Assembly: GCA_046075565.1 (NCBI GenBank)
Contig: JBJTQJ010000112.1
Coordinates: forward strand, 25,542-89,541
DNA length: 64,000 bases
DNA from: Verrucomicrobiales bacterium
Lineage (GTDB): Bacteria; Verrucomicrobiota; Verrucomicrobiia; Verrucomicrobiales; SLCJ01
Direction of reading: 5' to 3'
The notes under the pieces were generated by a model, which saw only the letters and a program-made list of their open reading frames with translations, ran no database searches and had not been told where the DNA came from. The translations under genes were made by a program, and so were the position numbers. Each line of letters opens with the position of its first letter. Position 1 is the stretch's first letter. Shown here in pieces: positions 48,321 through 59,425 of this stretch.

Positions 48321-48947
48321 ATGAAGACCGAACCTCCTACATCCCGGACCTGCGGAGCGACCATCGTCGGCGCGATGGTTCTTCTTTGCATGTTGCCTTC
48401 CTGTCGGTCCACGACATCAAAAACGGACAGCCCGACGACCGGTGAAGCGGGTAAACCGATGGTGGTCGGCGGCATCGAGATGCGCATGCTCTTCGATTGG
48501 AACGGGACGGATGTAAAAGGACCGATCTCCGTCCGCATCAATCGCAAGGAGCAGATGGCGCTCTTTTACAAGGGCGGGCAGGAGGTGGGTTGGTCCTACG
48601 TGGCAACCGGGGTGCAGGGCCATCGGACTCTGGGGGGAAGTTTCCGCATCCAGGAGAAGAAGCAGGACAAGGACTCGAACATCTGGGGCCGGGTCGAGGA
48701 CGCCGCCGGTGAAACCGTGGTCAGCGACGCCCGTAACGGTCGCGATAAGGTCCCTTCCGGGGGGCGCTTTGTCGGGGCGCGTATGCCCTATTGGATGCGG
48801 TTGACCAGTGAAGGCATCGGCATGCACAAAGGACCAATCCCCAATCCGGGTTCGCCCGCCTCGCACGGATGTATCCGCCTGCCGGGAGGCATGGCCGAGA
48901 TTCTTTTTTCCGAAGTTTCGATTGGGACACCGGTGACGATCGAATAG
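48321..48947 (+). CDS. L,D-transpeptidase (YkuD) family lipoprotein
   Basis: Lipobox-like LPSC; MPYWMRL..GIGMHKG..PASHGCIRL; GTPV. Confidence 0.9.
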   Translation: MKTEPPTSRTCGATIVGAMVLLCMLPSCRSTTSKTDSPTTGEAGKPMVVGGIEMRMLFDWNGTDVKGPISVRINRKEQMALFYKGGQEVGWSYVATGVQGHRTLGGSFRIQEKKQDKDSNIWGRVEDAAGETVVSDARNGRDKVPSGGRFVGARMPYWMRLTSEGIGMHKGPIPNPGSPASHGCIRLPGGMAEILFSEVSIGTPVTIE

Positions 48948-49141
48948 TCCGGAAAACCTGCCGGGGTAAATACTTCATGGGCCATGGCCTCTTGATTTAG
49001 CGGACGGTTGGGATCCGTGCCAGCGACCTGCTCTCCATGGCCCGTCGGGGCTGTAACCGGGAAAATTCGCGGATTTTCAGGTTGGCACTTGCGTAAATGG
49101 GGAAAACCCCCTAGATTACCCGTCCGCCCAATACTGACGCC

Positions 49142-49381
49142 ATGAGAAAGAACCTTCATCCCCGCTACGAGGAAACGACCATCACCTGCACCTGCGGGAC
49201 CGTTTACAACACCCGTTCGACCTCCCGCAGCCTCAAGGTCGGTATCTGCGCCGCGTGCCATCCCTTCTTCACCGGCGAGCAGCGTTTTGTCGATACCGCC
49301 GGCCGGGTCGAAAAATTCTCCCGTCGTTTCGGTTCCGAGACCCTTCGTCGTACCAAGCCGAAGCTTTCCGCTTCCAACTGA
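49142..49381 (+). CDS. rpmE: 50S ribosomal protein L31 (Zn-binding type)
   Basis: [28 protein letters not shown]. Confidence 0.96.
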   Translation: MRKNLHPRYEETTITCTCGTVYNTRSTSRSLKVGICAACHPFFTGEQRFVDTAGRVEKFSRRFGSETLRRTKPKLSASN

Positions 49382-49504
49382 CCCGGAGAACACGGCCCCG
49401 GGATATACCCTTGTGGCCGGGGCATTCCCCGCGTTCCTCATTTTCAAGATGACGTCGGGTGAGCAATCTCCCGGCGTTTTTCTTTTTCCCAACCCGCACG
49501 AATC

Positions 49505-50575
49505 ATGGACCTCGCGGCATTGGTCGGCAAACGGCGGGAACATCTCGCCGAGCTGGAATTCCGCATGGGCCAGCCGGATTTTTTCGATGATCCCGCCCGG
49601 GCGGCCCGCAGCACCCGCGAGCACCGGCGTCTCCAATCGTTGGTCACCCTCTGGGAGGAGCGGGAAAATGTCGCGCGCGCCCTCACCGACAACCGCCAAC
49701 TCGCCAAGGGAGATGACGAACTCGCGGAAATGGCCGCCGAGGAAATTCCCGCCCTTGAAGCCCGCCTCGAATCGCTCGATCAGGAAACGCGTTACGCCCT
49801 GCTCCCGCGCGATGCGACCGAGGACCGCGACGCCATCCTGGAGATCCGCGCCGGCACCGGCGGCGACGAGGCGGCTTTGTTTGCCGGAGATCTATTGCGT
49901 ATGTATTCGAGATACGCCGAGAAACGCGGATGGCGTGCCGAGTTGATAGAGGCATCGCCTTCCGAAGCCGGTGGTTTCAAAGAAGCCGTAGCCCGCATAT
50001 CCGGCGAGGAGGTTTTCCGCTGGCTGAAATACGAAAGCGGCGTGCATCGTGTGCAACGTGTGCCCGCCACCGAGGCCCAAGGCCGCATCCACACCTCCAC
50101 CGCCACCGTGGCCGTGCTTCCCGAGGCAGAAGAGGTGGATGTCGCCATCCGTTCCGAAGACCTGCGCATCGACGTCTGCCGCTCCGGTGGCGCGGGCGGC
50201 CAGCACGTGAACCGCACCGAGTCGGCCGTGCAAATCCTCCACCTGCCAACCGGCCTCATGGTGCGTTGCGAAGATGGGCGCAGCCAGGGCAAGAACAAGG
50301 AAAAGGCGTTGATGCTCCTGCGCGCGAAATTGCTCGAGCGCGAGCGCGGCCAGCAGGCCGAGGCCTATTCCGAGCACCGGCGCAAGCTCATCGGCTCGGG
50401 CGGTCGCGAGGAAAAGATCCGCACCTACAACTTTCCCCAGAATCGCGTGACCGACCACCGCATCGGCCTCACCCTTTACAATCTCGATACCGTCATGGAG
50501 GGCGCGATCGATCCTCTGATCAATGCGCTCCAGGCCTCGGAAATGGCCGACCGCCTCCACGAATTGGCCGGCTGA
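49505..50575 (+). CDS. prfA: Peptide chain release factor 1
   Basis: [25 protein letters not shown] (PxT, RF1-specific), [16 protein letters not shown]. Confidence 0.97.
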   Translation: MDLAALVGKRREHLAELEFRMGQPDFFDDPARAARSTREHRRLQSLVTLWEERENVARALTDNRQLAKGDDELAEMAAEEIPALEARLESLDQETRYALLPRDATEDRDAILEIRAGTGGDEAALFAGDLLRMYSRYAEKRGWRAELIEASPSEAGGFKEAVARISGEEVFRWLKYESGVHRVQRVPATEAQGRIHTSTATVAVLPEAEEVDVAIRSEDLRIDVCRSGGAGGQHVNRTESAVQILHLPTGLMVRCEDGRSQGKNKEKALMLLRAKLLERERGQQAEAYSEHRRKLIGSGGREEKIRTYNFPQNRVTDHRIGLTLYNLDTVMEGAIDPLINALQASEMADRLHELAG

Positions 50576-50584
50576 TTTTTCCCG

Positions 50585-51472
50585 ATGCCCGAAGAAACGA
50601 AATCCGTTTTGGAAACCCTGCAGGCTGGATCGGGCTGGCTGGAGAAAAAGGGCGTGCCCGAGGCCCGTCGCAACATGGAGCATCTGCTCGCCCATGTGCT
50701 CGGGATCAAACGCCTCGACCTCTACCTGCAATTTGATCGTCCGCTCGGCGAGGCGGAACTGGTTCCACTGCGCGCGCTTCTGCAACGCCGGGGCAAACGC
50801 GAACCATTGCAGCATTTGTTAGGCGATGTCGATTTCCTCGGGCGCATCTTCAAATCCGATGCCCGCGCGCTCATCCCGCGACCGGAGACCGAGGAACTGG
50901 TAGAAAAGCTGCTCAAGGAATTTTCCTCCTCCCCGCCAGCCCGGGTCGTTGACATCGGATGTGGCAGCGGCGTGATCGGGCTCAGCCTCGCGCTCGCTTG
51001 GCCGGAGTCGGAGGTGACCCTTATCGACCTTGACCCGGATGCCCTTGCTCTCGCCAAAGAAAATGCGGGCCTGCTCGGTTTGGACGAGAAACGGGTTCGT
51101 TTCCTCCAAGGCGATTTGCTCGCACCGGTGGCGGGAGAAGTCTTCGAACGGATCGTCGCCAATTTGCCCTACCTGCCCGCCTCCGACATGAAAACTCTCG
51201 ATCCGGAGGTCACTTTCGATCCGGCCCTGGCCCTCGACGGAGGAGCGGACGGACTCGAGATCATCCGGCGTCTCGTGACGGCTTTGCCGGCCGCGCTCGC
51301 GCCTGGTGGATTGGCTGCCTTCGAGGTCGGACTCGGCCAAGGTGAAGCCACCGCCGCCCTGCTCGCCACCGCCGGTTTGTCCGGAGCCCGATGCGAACTT
51401 GATTTTCAAGGAGCCGACCGTTTTGTTTTCGGTCGCTCGCCGACCCCGGTCTCTCCGACCTCCGGAGCATGA
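50585..51472 (+). CDS. prmC: Release factor glutamine methyltransferase PrmC/HemK
   Basis: EPLQHLLG, ALIPRPETE, DIGCGSG, ANLPY, ALDGG.DGL; follows prfA. Confidence 0.94.
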   Translation: MPEETKSVLETLQAGSGWLEKKGVPEARRNMEHLLAHVLGIKRLDLYLQFDRPLGEAELVPLRALLQRRGKREPLQHLLGDVDFLGRIFKSDARALIPRPETEELVEKLLKEFSSSPPARVVDIGCGSGVIGLSLALAWPESEVTLIDLDPDALALAKENAGLLGLDEKRVRFLQGDLLAPVAGEVFERIVANLPYLPASDMKTLDPEVTFDPALALDGGADGLEIIRRLVTALPAALAPGGLAAFEVGLGQGEATAALLATAGLSGARCELDFQGADRFVFGRSPTPVSPTSGA

Positions 51473-51505
51473 ACATTTTTCACCAACTCTCCCCACTCCC
51501 CAACC

Positions 51506-52768
51506 ATGGATAAACTGATCGTCAACGGCGGTTCCGAACTCAACGGCGTCATCAATGTGAGCGGATCGAAGAATTCCTCTCTTCCTATTCTCGCGGCCAC
51601 CCTTCTCACCGACAAACCATGTATCATCTGCCGCGTGCCCGATGTGAGTGATGCGAACTACATGGTGCAAATCCTGCAAAACCTCGGGGCCGAAGTCGAG
51701 CGATCCAGCGGCACCGTGAGCGTCGAGATCAAAAACTGTTCCTCCGTTGCGCCTTACGATCTCGTGCGCAAGATGCGGGCATCGATTTGCACGATGGGAC
51801 CACTCATCGCGCGCTTGGGCCAAGCCACGGTGTCGTTGCCCGGTGGATGTGTCATCGGCGATCGCCCGGTTGATCTGCATGTGCGCGCCATGCGTGCGCT
51901 CGGTGCGCAGGTTGAAGTCGAAGGCGGTAACCTCATCCTCACGGCGCCCGATGGATTGCGCGGCACGGAAGTGAATCTTCGCGGCACCCATGGCACGACG
52001 GTGCTTGGCACCGACAACCTCATGATGGCCGCCACCCTTGCCAAAGGCACCACGGTCATCGAAGGCGCCGCCGCCGAACCGGAGGTCGAAGACCTCGCGC
52101 GTTTCCTCATCAAGATGGGCGCCCGAATTGAAGGAGCCGGGACCAACCGCATCGTCATCGAAGGTGTGGATGGATTGCATGGCACCGAGCATACGGTCAT
52201 TCCCGACCGTATCGAAGCTGGCACCTTCCTCGTGGCCGGAGCCATCGCGGGTGGCAAAGTGACCCTCCGCCGGGCCGACGCGAATCAACTGCGTGTGCTT
52301 ATCGATACCCTCACCGCCTGCGGACACGAACTCTCGGAAACGGCAGACACTATCACCATCCGGCGCGGGGCCGCTCCCGTCGGCGCGCAAATCACCACCG
52401 AGCCGTATCCGGGTTTTCCCACCGACATGCAAGCCCAGATGTGCGCGCTCTTCGCCACCACACCGGGACTGAGTGTTGTCACCGACACCATTTTCCCCGA
52501 ACGCTTCATGCACGTGGCTGAGATGAAACGGATGGGTGCCGACATGAATCGTGATGGCGGCACCGTGGTCATCAAGGGCGTGGATGCCCTCTCCGCCGCA
52601 CCGGTCATGGCGAGCGATCTGCGCGCCTCCGCCGCACTCGTGCTCGCGGCCCTCACCGCCCGCGGTGCCACGGAGATCAACCGGCTTTACCATATCGATC
52701 GCGGTTACGAGCATATCGACGAGAAGTTGATCCAACTCGGAGCGAACATGGAACGAGTGCGCGTGTGA
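51506..52768 (+). CDS. murA: UDP-N-acetylglucosamine 1-carboxyvinyltransferase
   Basis: [20 protein letters not shown] (active-site Cys), [27 protein letters not shown]. Confidence 0.97.
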   Translation: MDKLIVNGGSELNGVINVSGSKNSSLPILAATLLTDKPCIICRVPDVSDANYMVQILQNLGAEVERSSGTVSVEIKNCSSVAPYDLVRKMRASICTMGPLIARLGQATVSLPGGCVIGDRPVDLHVRAMRALGAQVEVEGGNLILTAPDGLRGTEVNLRGTHGTTVLGTDNLMMAATLAKGTTVIEGAAAEPEVEDLARFLIKMGARIEGAGTNRIVIEGVDGLHGTEHTVIPDRIEAGTFLVAGAIAGGKVTLRRADANQLRVLIDTLTACGHELSETADTITIRRGAAPVGAQITTEPYPGFPTDMQAQMCALFATTPGLSVVTDTIFPERFMHVAEMKRMGADMNRDGGTVVIKGVDALSAAPVMASDLRASAALVLAALTARGATEINRLYHIDRGYEHIDEKLIQLGANMERVRV

Positions 52769-52810
52769 GTTTGGCAATTTCCTATGAACTGTGGTCTCTC
52801 CATGTTCAGT

Positions 52811-52985
52811 GTAGCAAGACCGTCCCGGTCTTGCTTGGGCGAGAGGCCATGCCATTCGACGCCAAAGTCCGCCAGTCGTGGCAGGGACCGTTGTCCCCAA
52901 CGGTCCGAGGGAGAAGAATCGCCACGCCTATGCTCTTCCGATGTCCGCACGATTTCACGGACGGCTGAGGACAGCCGTCCCTGCC
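52811..52985. repeat. REP-like hairpins downstream of murA
   Basis: AGCAAGACC-GTCCC-GGTCTTGCT hairpin; inverted pair GGCAGGGACCGTTGTCCCCAACGGTCCG / CGGACGGCTGAGGACAGCCGTCCCTGCC. Confidence 0.65.
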
Positions 52986-53070
52986 TGTCGAAGGTAAAGT
53001 GGAGGTATTTGACAGCTACGGAGTTGTCTGGTGCGCACGGTTTGGTTATCGGCCTTTGCTTTCAAGACTT

Positions 53071-53383
53071 ATGAAAGACCCCCGGGAAATTGAAAAAGCC
53101 GAGGCATGGCTCGGGGATACCGTGCTGGCCTTGTTGGTCCGCGACTGGCTTCTGAAAACCCTCGGCACGGCCGATGGGGCTCATCACCAGCAACCACTTT
53201 CTCTCCCGCTTCGGCCAACCCACCGCCGTGGGAGCCGCCCTCGGCCGCCTCTGGCGGGACCACGGCTATGCCGCCGCGGAATCTGAGTTCGCCAAGAAGT
53301 TCCTCCCCGAAATGATTCGGCATCTCCGCCGCCAGCGCCCCCAGCTTTCCGGCCGTCTGCCCGCCAATCCGGAAGGAAAATAA
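53071..53383 (+). pseudogene. Small hypothetical protein with RNase III signature-like motif, frameshifted near 53177
   Basis: MKDPREIEKAEAWLGDTVLALLVRDW..DG in one frame and LITSNHFLSRFGQPTAV..G..GY in another; (E)xLGDxVL resembles the RNase III signature. Confidence 0.5.
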
Positions 53384-53433
53384 TGCCTTGCACGATTTGT
53401 GTTTTCGGCCAAATTCTCCCCCCACCCGAATAT

Positions 53434-53508
53434 GCGCGGTTAGCTCAGTGGTAGAGCATTACCTTGACACGGTAGGGGTCACAGGTTCGAACCCTGTATC
53501 GCGCACCA
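53434..53508 (+). tRNA. tRNA-Val (GAC)
   Basis: GCGCGGT acceptor stem, TAGCTCAGTGGTAGAGC D arm, TTACC-TTGACAC-GGTAG anticodon arm, GGTTCGAAC T loop, CCA end. Confidence 0.97.
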
Positions 53509-53611
53509 TGGGTGATTTTTCACCAGAGCACCTGGCCAAGTTCGCAGGCAGCAGAGCCAAAATCGAAAGTAGATCTGTCGGCCAATGGCGGCGGCAGGGG
53601 ACCATGGTTGG

Positions 53612-54802
53612 CTATGAGCCTCTCACCCAGTCCGGGACCACACCATCATTGGTTTTATCCCCTTCGAGAATCCAAGAGAGGTTGAATCGTGCCACCGTGC
53701 CGCCACCTTGCGGCCCTCCTTCGTGGAGCAAGTAGATCCACCCTTCCGATGGCGTGCCGGGGCGGCCGGCGGTGAGCGCTGAATAGGCGAAATTGCCCTC
53801 GAAGATCTGACGCCGCATTGGCCAGGTCTTACCACCATCGAAGCTGGCCCAGACATGACCGTTGCGGCGGCCTTTATCGCTCACGATGTTGCTGAAGACC
53901 AGCACGTCACGACCGAGCACGGGAAGGCGCATCAGTCCGCCCATGAGTCCATAGGTCGAGTCGGTGTTGCCATCGGGCAGGGTTTTGGAACGAACGGGAT
54001 TCTCCCAGGTTTGTCCGGCATCCTTGCTGGTGGCATTCCAGCGCCAGAGGGAATCTTCTTTGGTCGGTGCCCAGTGGCGGCGGGTATTGTAATGAAGCGT
54101 GCCATCGGAAAGTTCGGCAATCGATGCCTCGCCGCAGCCCATGATCGGGACAGGCTCGGAAGCTTTCCAGGAACGTCCCCCGTCGTCACTGAACATGGCG
54201 TTCGTATAATGGGTGTGGAAAAATTCGGGCGGATAGTTGGTGCGACCATACCAACGGCAGGGCACAACCAAGCGGCCTTTGAATTTTCCGTGGCGCAAGC
54301 AGATGCCCTTTTCGTTCATGTGCAACGAAGGCGTGTGGCCGAGTGAATTCGCGTGCAGCTCGAATTTCTGTTTTTCCCAGGTTTTGCCCGCGTCTTTCGA
54401 TCGATAGAGGTGAAGCGGCGAAGGCGGATGTGCTTCCTCCATGAAAGCGAGGATATCGCCGGAGATTTCATCGACAGTCAGCCCGCTGATGGAGAAGCCT
54501 TTGGCAATAAGAATGGATGGCCCCCATGTCTTGCCGCCATCTTCACTCCGCCGGACTTCAACGTTGCCAAAAGCGGCGAGCCCGGTGCCATCCATGGCGA
54601 CGGTAATGTTCGGGAACCGGCCCTTCTGGAAAAGCTGTTGTGTCTCGAACCCTGCTGGTTTGAGGAACGAGGTGACCGCTGCTTCGTGGACCGAAGCGGG
54701 TGGGAAGTGTTTGTTATCCTGATTCCATCCGACATCGGCGGTGGCGGTGGCCGAGAGACAAATAAGCGGGGTAAGAAATTTTGAAATGGTGGATAGGCTC
54801 AT
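53612..54802 (-). CDS. Sialidase-like (BNR/Asp-box) exported protein
   Basis: Signal peptide; Asp boxes SEDGGKTW, SKDAGKTW, SDDGGRSW, SKDAGQTW, SFDGGKTW; RFP in place of RIP; FAYS. Confidence 0.85.
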   Translation of the reverse strand: MSLSTISKFLTPLICLSATATADVGWNQDNKHFPPASVHEAAVTSFLKPAGFETQQLFQKGRFPNITVAMDGTGLAAFGNVEVRRSEDGGKTWGPSILIAKGFSISGLTVDEISGDILAFMEEAHPPSPLHLYRSKDAGKTWEKQKFELHANSLGHTPSLHMNEKGICLRHGKFKGRLVVPCRWYGRTNYPPEFFHTHYTNAMFSDDGGRSWKASEPVPIMGCGEASIAELSDGTLHYNTRRHWAPTKEDSLWRWNATSKDAGQTWENPVRSKTLPDGNTDSTYGLMGGLMRLPVLGRDVLVFSNIVSDKGRRNGHVWASFDGGKTWPMRRQIFEGNFAYSALTAGRPGTPSEGWIYLLHEGGPQGGGTVARFNLSWILEGDKTNDGVVPDWVRGS

Positions 54803-54899
54803 GGGAAAAGAAGGGAGGAATGGGTGGTTTGCAGGTTGAATGCCTTTTGGCACCAGTCGAGATCGAATCGCGTGATGGTCGGAGATGTTAGAAATGGCT

Positions 54900-57140
54900 T
54901 TAGGGCGTTTGATCGAGTTGGTGTCGGTAGAATGAGGCGGCGTTTTCTCCGCTCGGGAAAGGAAGGCGTTCCGTGCGCTCGAAGAGTCCGTTGGCTAGAG
55001 GTTCCACTACGGATGATGTGGGGCTAATCGGTGCCCATCGCCTGAGGTCATCCGAGTGAAAGAGGCGCATGTCGTGCCAAAAGGGGAGGTCTCGCTGGAG
55101 TCTGCGGATTACAATTTCTCCACCTTCAATCGTAAGCCTGGAAGATGGCATGGGGGCGGTGACCGGGACTGATCCAAAAGCGAATCCGGCACGGTGTTCA
55201 GGGCCGAGTACGTCGAGCCTTCCAGTCTCGCCGCGTTCAAAGGTATCCGGGATACCATCCCCATCCGCGTCATACTGAGTGCTGCGGGCTGCAAATTGAG
55301 CGGGTTCGAGCGCCGACGGAGTGATGCGCACGAGGTCGATATCTCCGGTGAGTTGCCTGGTGCCGGCATTGTAGCGGCCGATCCAGAGGGCGTTATTGTT
55401 GGCGAAGCTGCCGACGGTGCTGTCCGCCAGTGCACCGGAAATCTGACCATCGACGAAAAGGCGGAGCTGTTTGTTGGCGGGATTGGTGGCATCGCGCACG
55501 GCCGCGACATGGTGCCATTGGCCGGTGTTGATATTTGCAGAGGAGGAAAGGATGCGCTCGCTGGTATCGTCCGAGACAAGAAAGCGGACCTTTCCATTTT
55601 CAGCGCGGAGCCACCAGGATGGTGAGTTTGTTGCGAGGTCCTTGGCGACGAGCGCTCCCGTTTGGGTGGAGCCAAGGGGAATCCGACAGACGACTTCAAT
55701 GGTGAATGAATCATTGGGGCCAAAGTCGAAACGGTTGAAGCTTTCGGAATCCAGGATGCGCAGTCCGCCGGTGGCCTTGATGGAAACAGCGCGCCCATTC
55801 CCGAACGCGGACGCGCCCGCCGTGGAAGGGAAGGACGCGCTGGTCGTGAGGTGCAGATTGTTGTCTGCCGGGTGGATATCCTTGAGGGCGCCAGCATTGG
55901 TGGGGATATTCTGGCCGGGAGGGGTCTCCTCCAAGTTCCAGAACGCGGCACCCGGGTTTTCGGCGGGCGGGGGCGGCTCGTCAAGCCAGGCCTCGTTGAA
56001 GCGGACAAAAGTGATGGTCTCGTAAGGCGAGCTATTGCCCTTCTCGAAAAGCAAGCCCATGCGCGCATCGCCTAGGCGTGTCATATCTGAATAGGCCGAA
56101 GGACCCTCGTTCAGAAGCTTCGGCGCTGACCATGTCTGAGCTTCATCGACGGAGGACCAGATCGACATACGCGTGCGCGAGCCGGCATTTGGACAGGAGA
56201 AGAGGATGCGGTTGTGTGGATCTCCGGCTTCGATGGATCGGAAGCGGGCGAGGCCGCCCTGCACGACGGGGGTAACAAAATGCGGGGCGTCGGTAAACTC
56301 GGCGGGTATGAAAGTATGGCCGCCATCGAGCGACAAGGTGCTGGCCCGGGAGTGCGGTCCCTGATGGTCGCGGGCATTGAAATAGAGACGGGAGCCACTG
56401 CCCGGGGCAGAATCGACCAGTTCAACGGCGAGATTTTCGTTGGGCCGGACGGTGGCGGTGGAGGTTGCCACCGCCCCGATGTGCCAGGTGGTTCCACCAT
56501 CGTCCGAATAAATGACATGCGAACCGAAGGCCTTGGTATCCGCGCGCATGTGATCGCAAGCGACTACGAGTCGCCCGGTCTGGATGCCACGTTCCAAGCG
56601 GATTCCTGCGCCGGGTCCGGTGGCATACCACGTCCAACCGGATTGTTTGGCAGTGGCGGTGATTTCCGTGGCGGGAGACCAGGTTAGACCGTCGTCGATT
56701 GAACTTAAAACGAAAACGCGGCGGGTGTCCGCGCTTGTGCCGTTGACGATCATTGATTCGTTATCCGAGCCGAGGTTCCATGTGGAGAGTAACCGTATCG
56801 TGCCGTCAGCGGCGACGACCGGCGCGGGATTGCCGCAGGTGTTGCTACCGTCGCTCCAGACTACCTGACGCGGACTCCAGGTATTGCCATTGTCGGTGGA
56901 ACGTCGCACCAGAAGATCAATGTCGCCGGTATCCGACGAAGAGTTTTTCCGCCCTTCGCAGAACGCGAGTAAAGCTCCGCTAGGCGTGCGAATTATTGCC
57001 GGAATACGATAAGTATGGTAACCATCCTGACCGGATACAAAAACCGATTGCTCGTCGAACACAGGCAGAGCGAAAACCGACGCACCGCATGAGAATAGGG
57101 CGAGGCAGGTCGTTTTCCGAATGGCACTGATGACTGGCAT
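54900..57140 (-). CDS. GH33 exo-alpha-sialidase with LamG domain and C-terminal surface-protein tail
   Basis: YRIP, EGR, five Asp boxes, AYS; LamG-like GQWHHVAAVRD..LFVDG..GDIDLVRI; DADGDGIPD repeat and SDDL..W..FYR tail. Confidence 0.88.
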   Translation of the reverse strand: MPVISAIRKTTCLALFSCGASVFALPVFDEQSVFVSGQDGYHTYRIPAIIRTPSGALLAFCEGRKNSSSDTGDIDLLVRRSTDNGNTWSPRQVVWSDGSNTCGNPAPVVAADGTIRLLSTWNLGSDNESMIVNGTSADTRRVFVLSSIDDGLTWSPATEITATAKQSGWTWYATGPGAGIRLERGIQTGRLVVACDHMRADTKAFGSHVIYSDDGGTTWHIGAVATSTATVRPNENLAVELVDSAPGSGSRLYFNARDHQGPHSRASTLSLDGGHTFIPAEFTDAPHFVTPVVQGGLARFRSIEAGDPHNRILFSCPNAGSRTRMSIWSSVDEAQTWSAPKLLNEGPSAYSDMTRLGDARMGLLFEKGNSSPYETITFVRFNEAWLDEPPPPAENPGAAFWNLEETPPGQNIPTNAGALKDIHPADNNLHLTTSASFPSTAGASAFGNGRAVSIKATGGLRILDSESFNRFDFGPNDSFTIEVVCRIPLGSTQTGALVAKDLATNSPSWWLRAENGKVRFLVSDDTSERILSSSANINTGQWHHVAAVRDATNPANKQLRLFVDGQISGALADSTVGSFANNNALWIGRYNAGTRQLTGDIDLVRITPSALEPAQFAARSTQYDADGDGIPDTFERGETGRLDVLGPEHRAGFAFGSVPVTAPMPSSRLTIEGGEIVIRRLQRDLPFWHDMRLFHSDDLRRWAPISPTSSVVEPLANGLFERTERLPFPSGENAASFYRHQLDQTP

Positions 57141-57460
57141 AGAAAAACCACATGAGTGAAAAAGTGGAGCCGCCGTCCCTCCAGACGGCGGCCCCTGGGA
57201 TTCCCGGAGAAAACCCCTTAACTCCAGGGAAAATCTTCGCGCATCTGATAACGATAAGGGCGGATCCTCGTGACTGGCAAGTTCCCGATGCTGGTTTGTT
57301 TATAAGACCGGTTTTTAGCGGTATTGATCCCAGTCGGGCAAAGAGCAAAACCAATCATCACCCCGGGAACGAAAAACGGCAATCCGGTTCAACCGGTAGC
57401 AAAACCAGACCGGCGGGAAGCGTTTCTCCCTTCTGCCTGCGTATGGCATGTTTCCTCGAA

Positions 57461-59422
57461 ATGAAATTCTGCCTTCCATTTTTTCTTGCCGCCGTGGTCA
57501 CTGGATCGGCGGAGTCGTTTGAATCCGCGCCCGGCGGGCCATTCACGCGTCTGGAGACCTCCATCGGGCTCTGGTCGGCCGAAGATGGTCACGCCCGCAT
57601 CGATCCTGCCCGGGGGAAAAGCGGCAAACAATGTTTGCACCTCTCCGGCCAGGGCGAGCGTTCGATCGTGCTTTCGCTCCCGTCTCCGTCCGAGAAAGGG
57701 GCGGTGCTCTCGTTGTGTGCCGAGCGCTGGACCCGGGGCAATCCCTTCCAATTCCGCATCGATACCAAGCAAGGCGGAGAGTGGAAGGAAATCTGCGCGG
57801 CAGACAAGGAGGTCAAGGTCGGAGGCTTCCTCACGGAAGTCCGGCAGACTTTGCCTGATGGAACGAAGGAACTTCGTTTCCGCGTGACGGCCCCGGAGAA
57901 GGCCGGGATTTTGATCGACGACGTGAGGGTCCATCGTCCGGGTCCAGCGCGGGCAACCTCGGTCGAGGTCATACAACCGGTGATCCCGGCGTTCATTCGC
58001 AAGGAATACAATCCCATCCTCGGTTTCCGGGTGACCGTCGAAGGCAGCGAGGGCAGTATCCCGCTCGAGGCCGTTGAACTCGGCTTCGGCGGAACCACCC
58101 GCATGGAGGACATCGCATCATTCAAGATCTTCTCCGGAAACGAAGATCCCTCGGCCGATCCCGCCGAAGTCATCGCGGAGGGCACCAGCATCTCGGAAAA
58201 GATGCCGCTCGTCCTCAAACAGGATCTCATGGCCGGAGACCACTGGTTCTGGATTTCTCCTGTATTGAAGAGCACGGCGTCCATCGACGGACGCATCGAC
58301 GCCTCGGTTTCCCGCGTGAAAGTGGGTGGCAAAATCATGGAGCCTGCCAATCCCTCGCCGGAAGGATCCCAGCGAATTGGATATGCCGTTCGTTTGCCGG
58401 GCGACGACAACTCGAAATCCTATCGCATCCCCGGTCTTGCCACGACCAACGCAGGGACCTTGGTGGCGGTTTACGACATCCGTTATCGTCATGCCGGGGA
58501 CTTACCCGCCGATATCGATGTGGGTGTCTCCCGCAGCACCGACGGCGGCCAGACCTGGGGGCCGATGATCGTTGCCATGGATATGGGCAATGATCCAAAA
58601 CATTCCTATGACGGCATTGGTGATCCGGCCATTCTTGTGGACCCAAAGAGCGGCAGAATCTGGATCGCCGCCTTGTGGAGCCATGGCAAGCGAGCCTGGG
58701 GTGGCTCCGGCCCGGGGATGAAGCCGGAAGAAACGGGTCAATTCATGCTCGCGTACAGTGATGACGACGGGCTCACCTGGTCCAAACCGATCAACATCAC
58801 GCCGCAAGTGAAGGATCCAAAATGGAGGCTCTTCTTCAATGGCCCCGGTGCCGGTATCACGCTGGCGGACGGCTCGCTGGTTTTCCCCGCTCAATATCGC
58901 GCCGCCGATGGCATACCCTGGTCTACCTTGATTTACTCCAAAGACGAGGGCCGGACGTGGCAGACGGGGACCGGGGTGAAAAGTGACACCACCGAAGCGC
59001 AGGTCGTCGAGCTCGCGGACGGCTCGATCATGATCAACTGCCGCGACAATCGCGGCGGCGCACGCACCATTGCGGTGACCAAGGACCTTGGCAAAACCTG
59101 GGAACTTCATCCCACGGATCGCAAGGCGCTGAGAGAGCCGGTGTGTATGGCCAGTCTTTTGCGCTGGAAGCATGCACGGCACGGCGACCTCTTGTTCTTT
59201 TCAAACCCTGATTCCATCAAAGGACGTCTTAACATGACGATGAAACTTTCCCGCGATCATGGGCTCACTTGGCCGGAAGCGGATGCCCGTCCGTATGACT
59301 CGCGCCCCTGCTTCGGCTATTCCTGCCTTGCTCCCGCCCGTGCCGATCACATCGGGGTGATTTACGAGGGCAAAAGCTCGATGCTCTTTCTGCGTTTGCC
59401 GCTGAACGAATGGTCCAAATAA
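57461..59422 (+). CDS. GH33 exo-alpha-sialidase with N-terminal accessory domains (NanH-like)
   Basis: Signal peptide; YRIPGLATT..GTL..YDIRY, DLPADIDVG, STDGGQTW, GIGDP, EAQVVEL, NCRDNRGG, CMASLL, GYSC. Confidence 0.9.
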   Translation: MKFCLPFFLAAVVTGSAESFESAPGGPFTRLETSIGLWSAEDGHARIDPARGKSGKQCLHLSGQGERSIVLSLPSPSEKGAVLSLCAERWTRGNPFQFRIDTKQGGEWKEICAADKEVKVGGFLTEVRQTLPDGTKELRFRVTAPEKAGILIDDVRVHRPGPARATSVEVIQPVIPAFIRKEYNPILGFRVTVEGSEGSIPLEAVELGFGGTTRMEDIASFKIFSGNEDPSADPAEVIAEGTSISEKMPLVLKQDLMAGDHWFWISPVLKSTASIDGRIDASVSRVKVGGKIMEPANPSPEGSQRIGYAVRLPGDDNSKSYRIPGLATTNAGTLVAVYDIRYRHAGDLPADIDVGVSRSTDGGQTWGPMIVAMDMGNDPKHSYDGIGDPAILVDPKSGRIWIAALWSHGKRAWGGSGPGMKPEETGQFMLAYSDDDGLTWSKPINITPQVKDPKWRLFFNGPGAGITLADGSLVFPAQYRAADGIPWSTLIYSKDEGRTWQTGTGVKSDTTEAQVVELADGSIMINCRDNRGGARTIAVTKDLGKTWELHPTDRKALREPVCMASLLRWKHARHGDLLFFSNPDSIKGRLNMTMKLSRDHGLTWPEADARPYDSRPCFGYSCLAPARADHIGVIYEGKSSMLFLRLPLNEWSK

Positions 59423-59425
59423 TTC

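Noticed and set aside
47567-48547. 326 aa ORF across the REP-rich gap
   Set aside because: Composed of palindromic repeats and antisense to the L,D-transpeptidase; not protein-like.
50819-52900. Long antisense ORFs (e.g. 693 aa over murA/prmC; also 42872..44155, 12734..13996, 10982..12202, 5869..7185)
   Set aside because: Shadow frames opposite well-supported genes in high-GC DNA, with no recognisable motifs.
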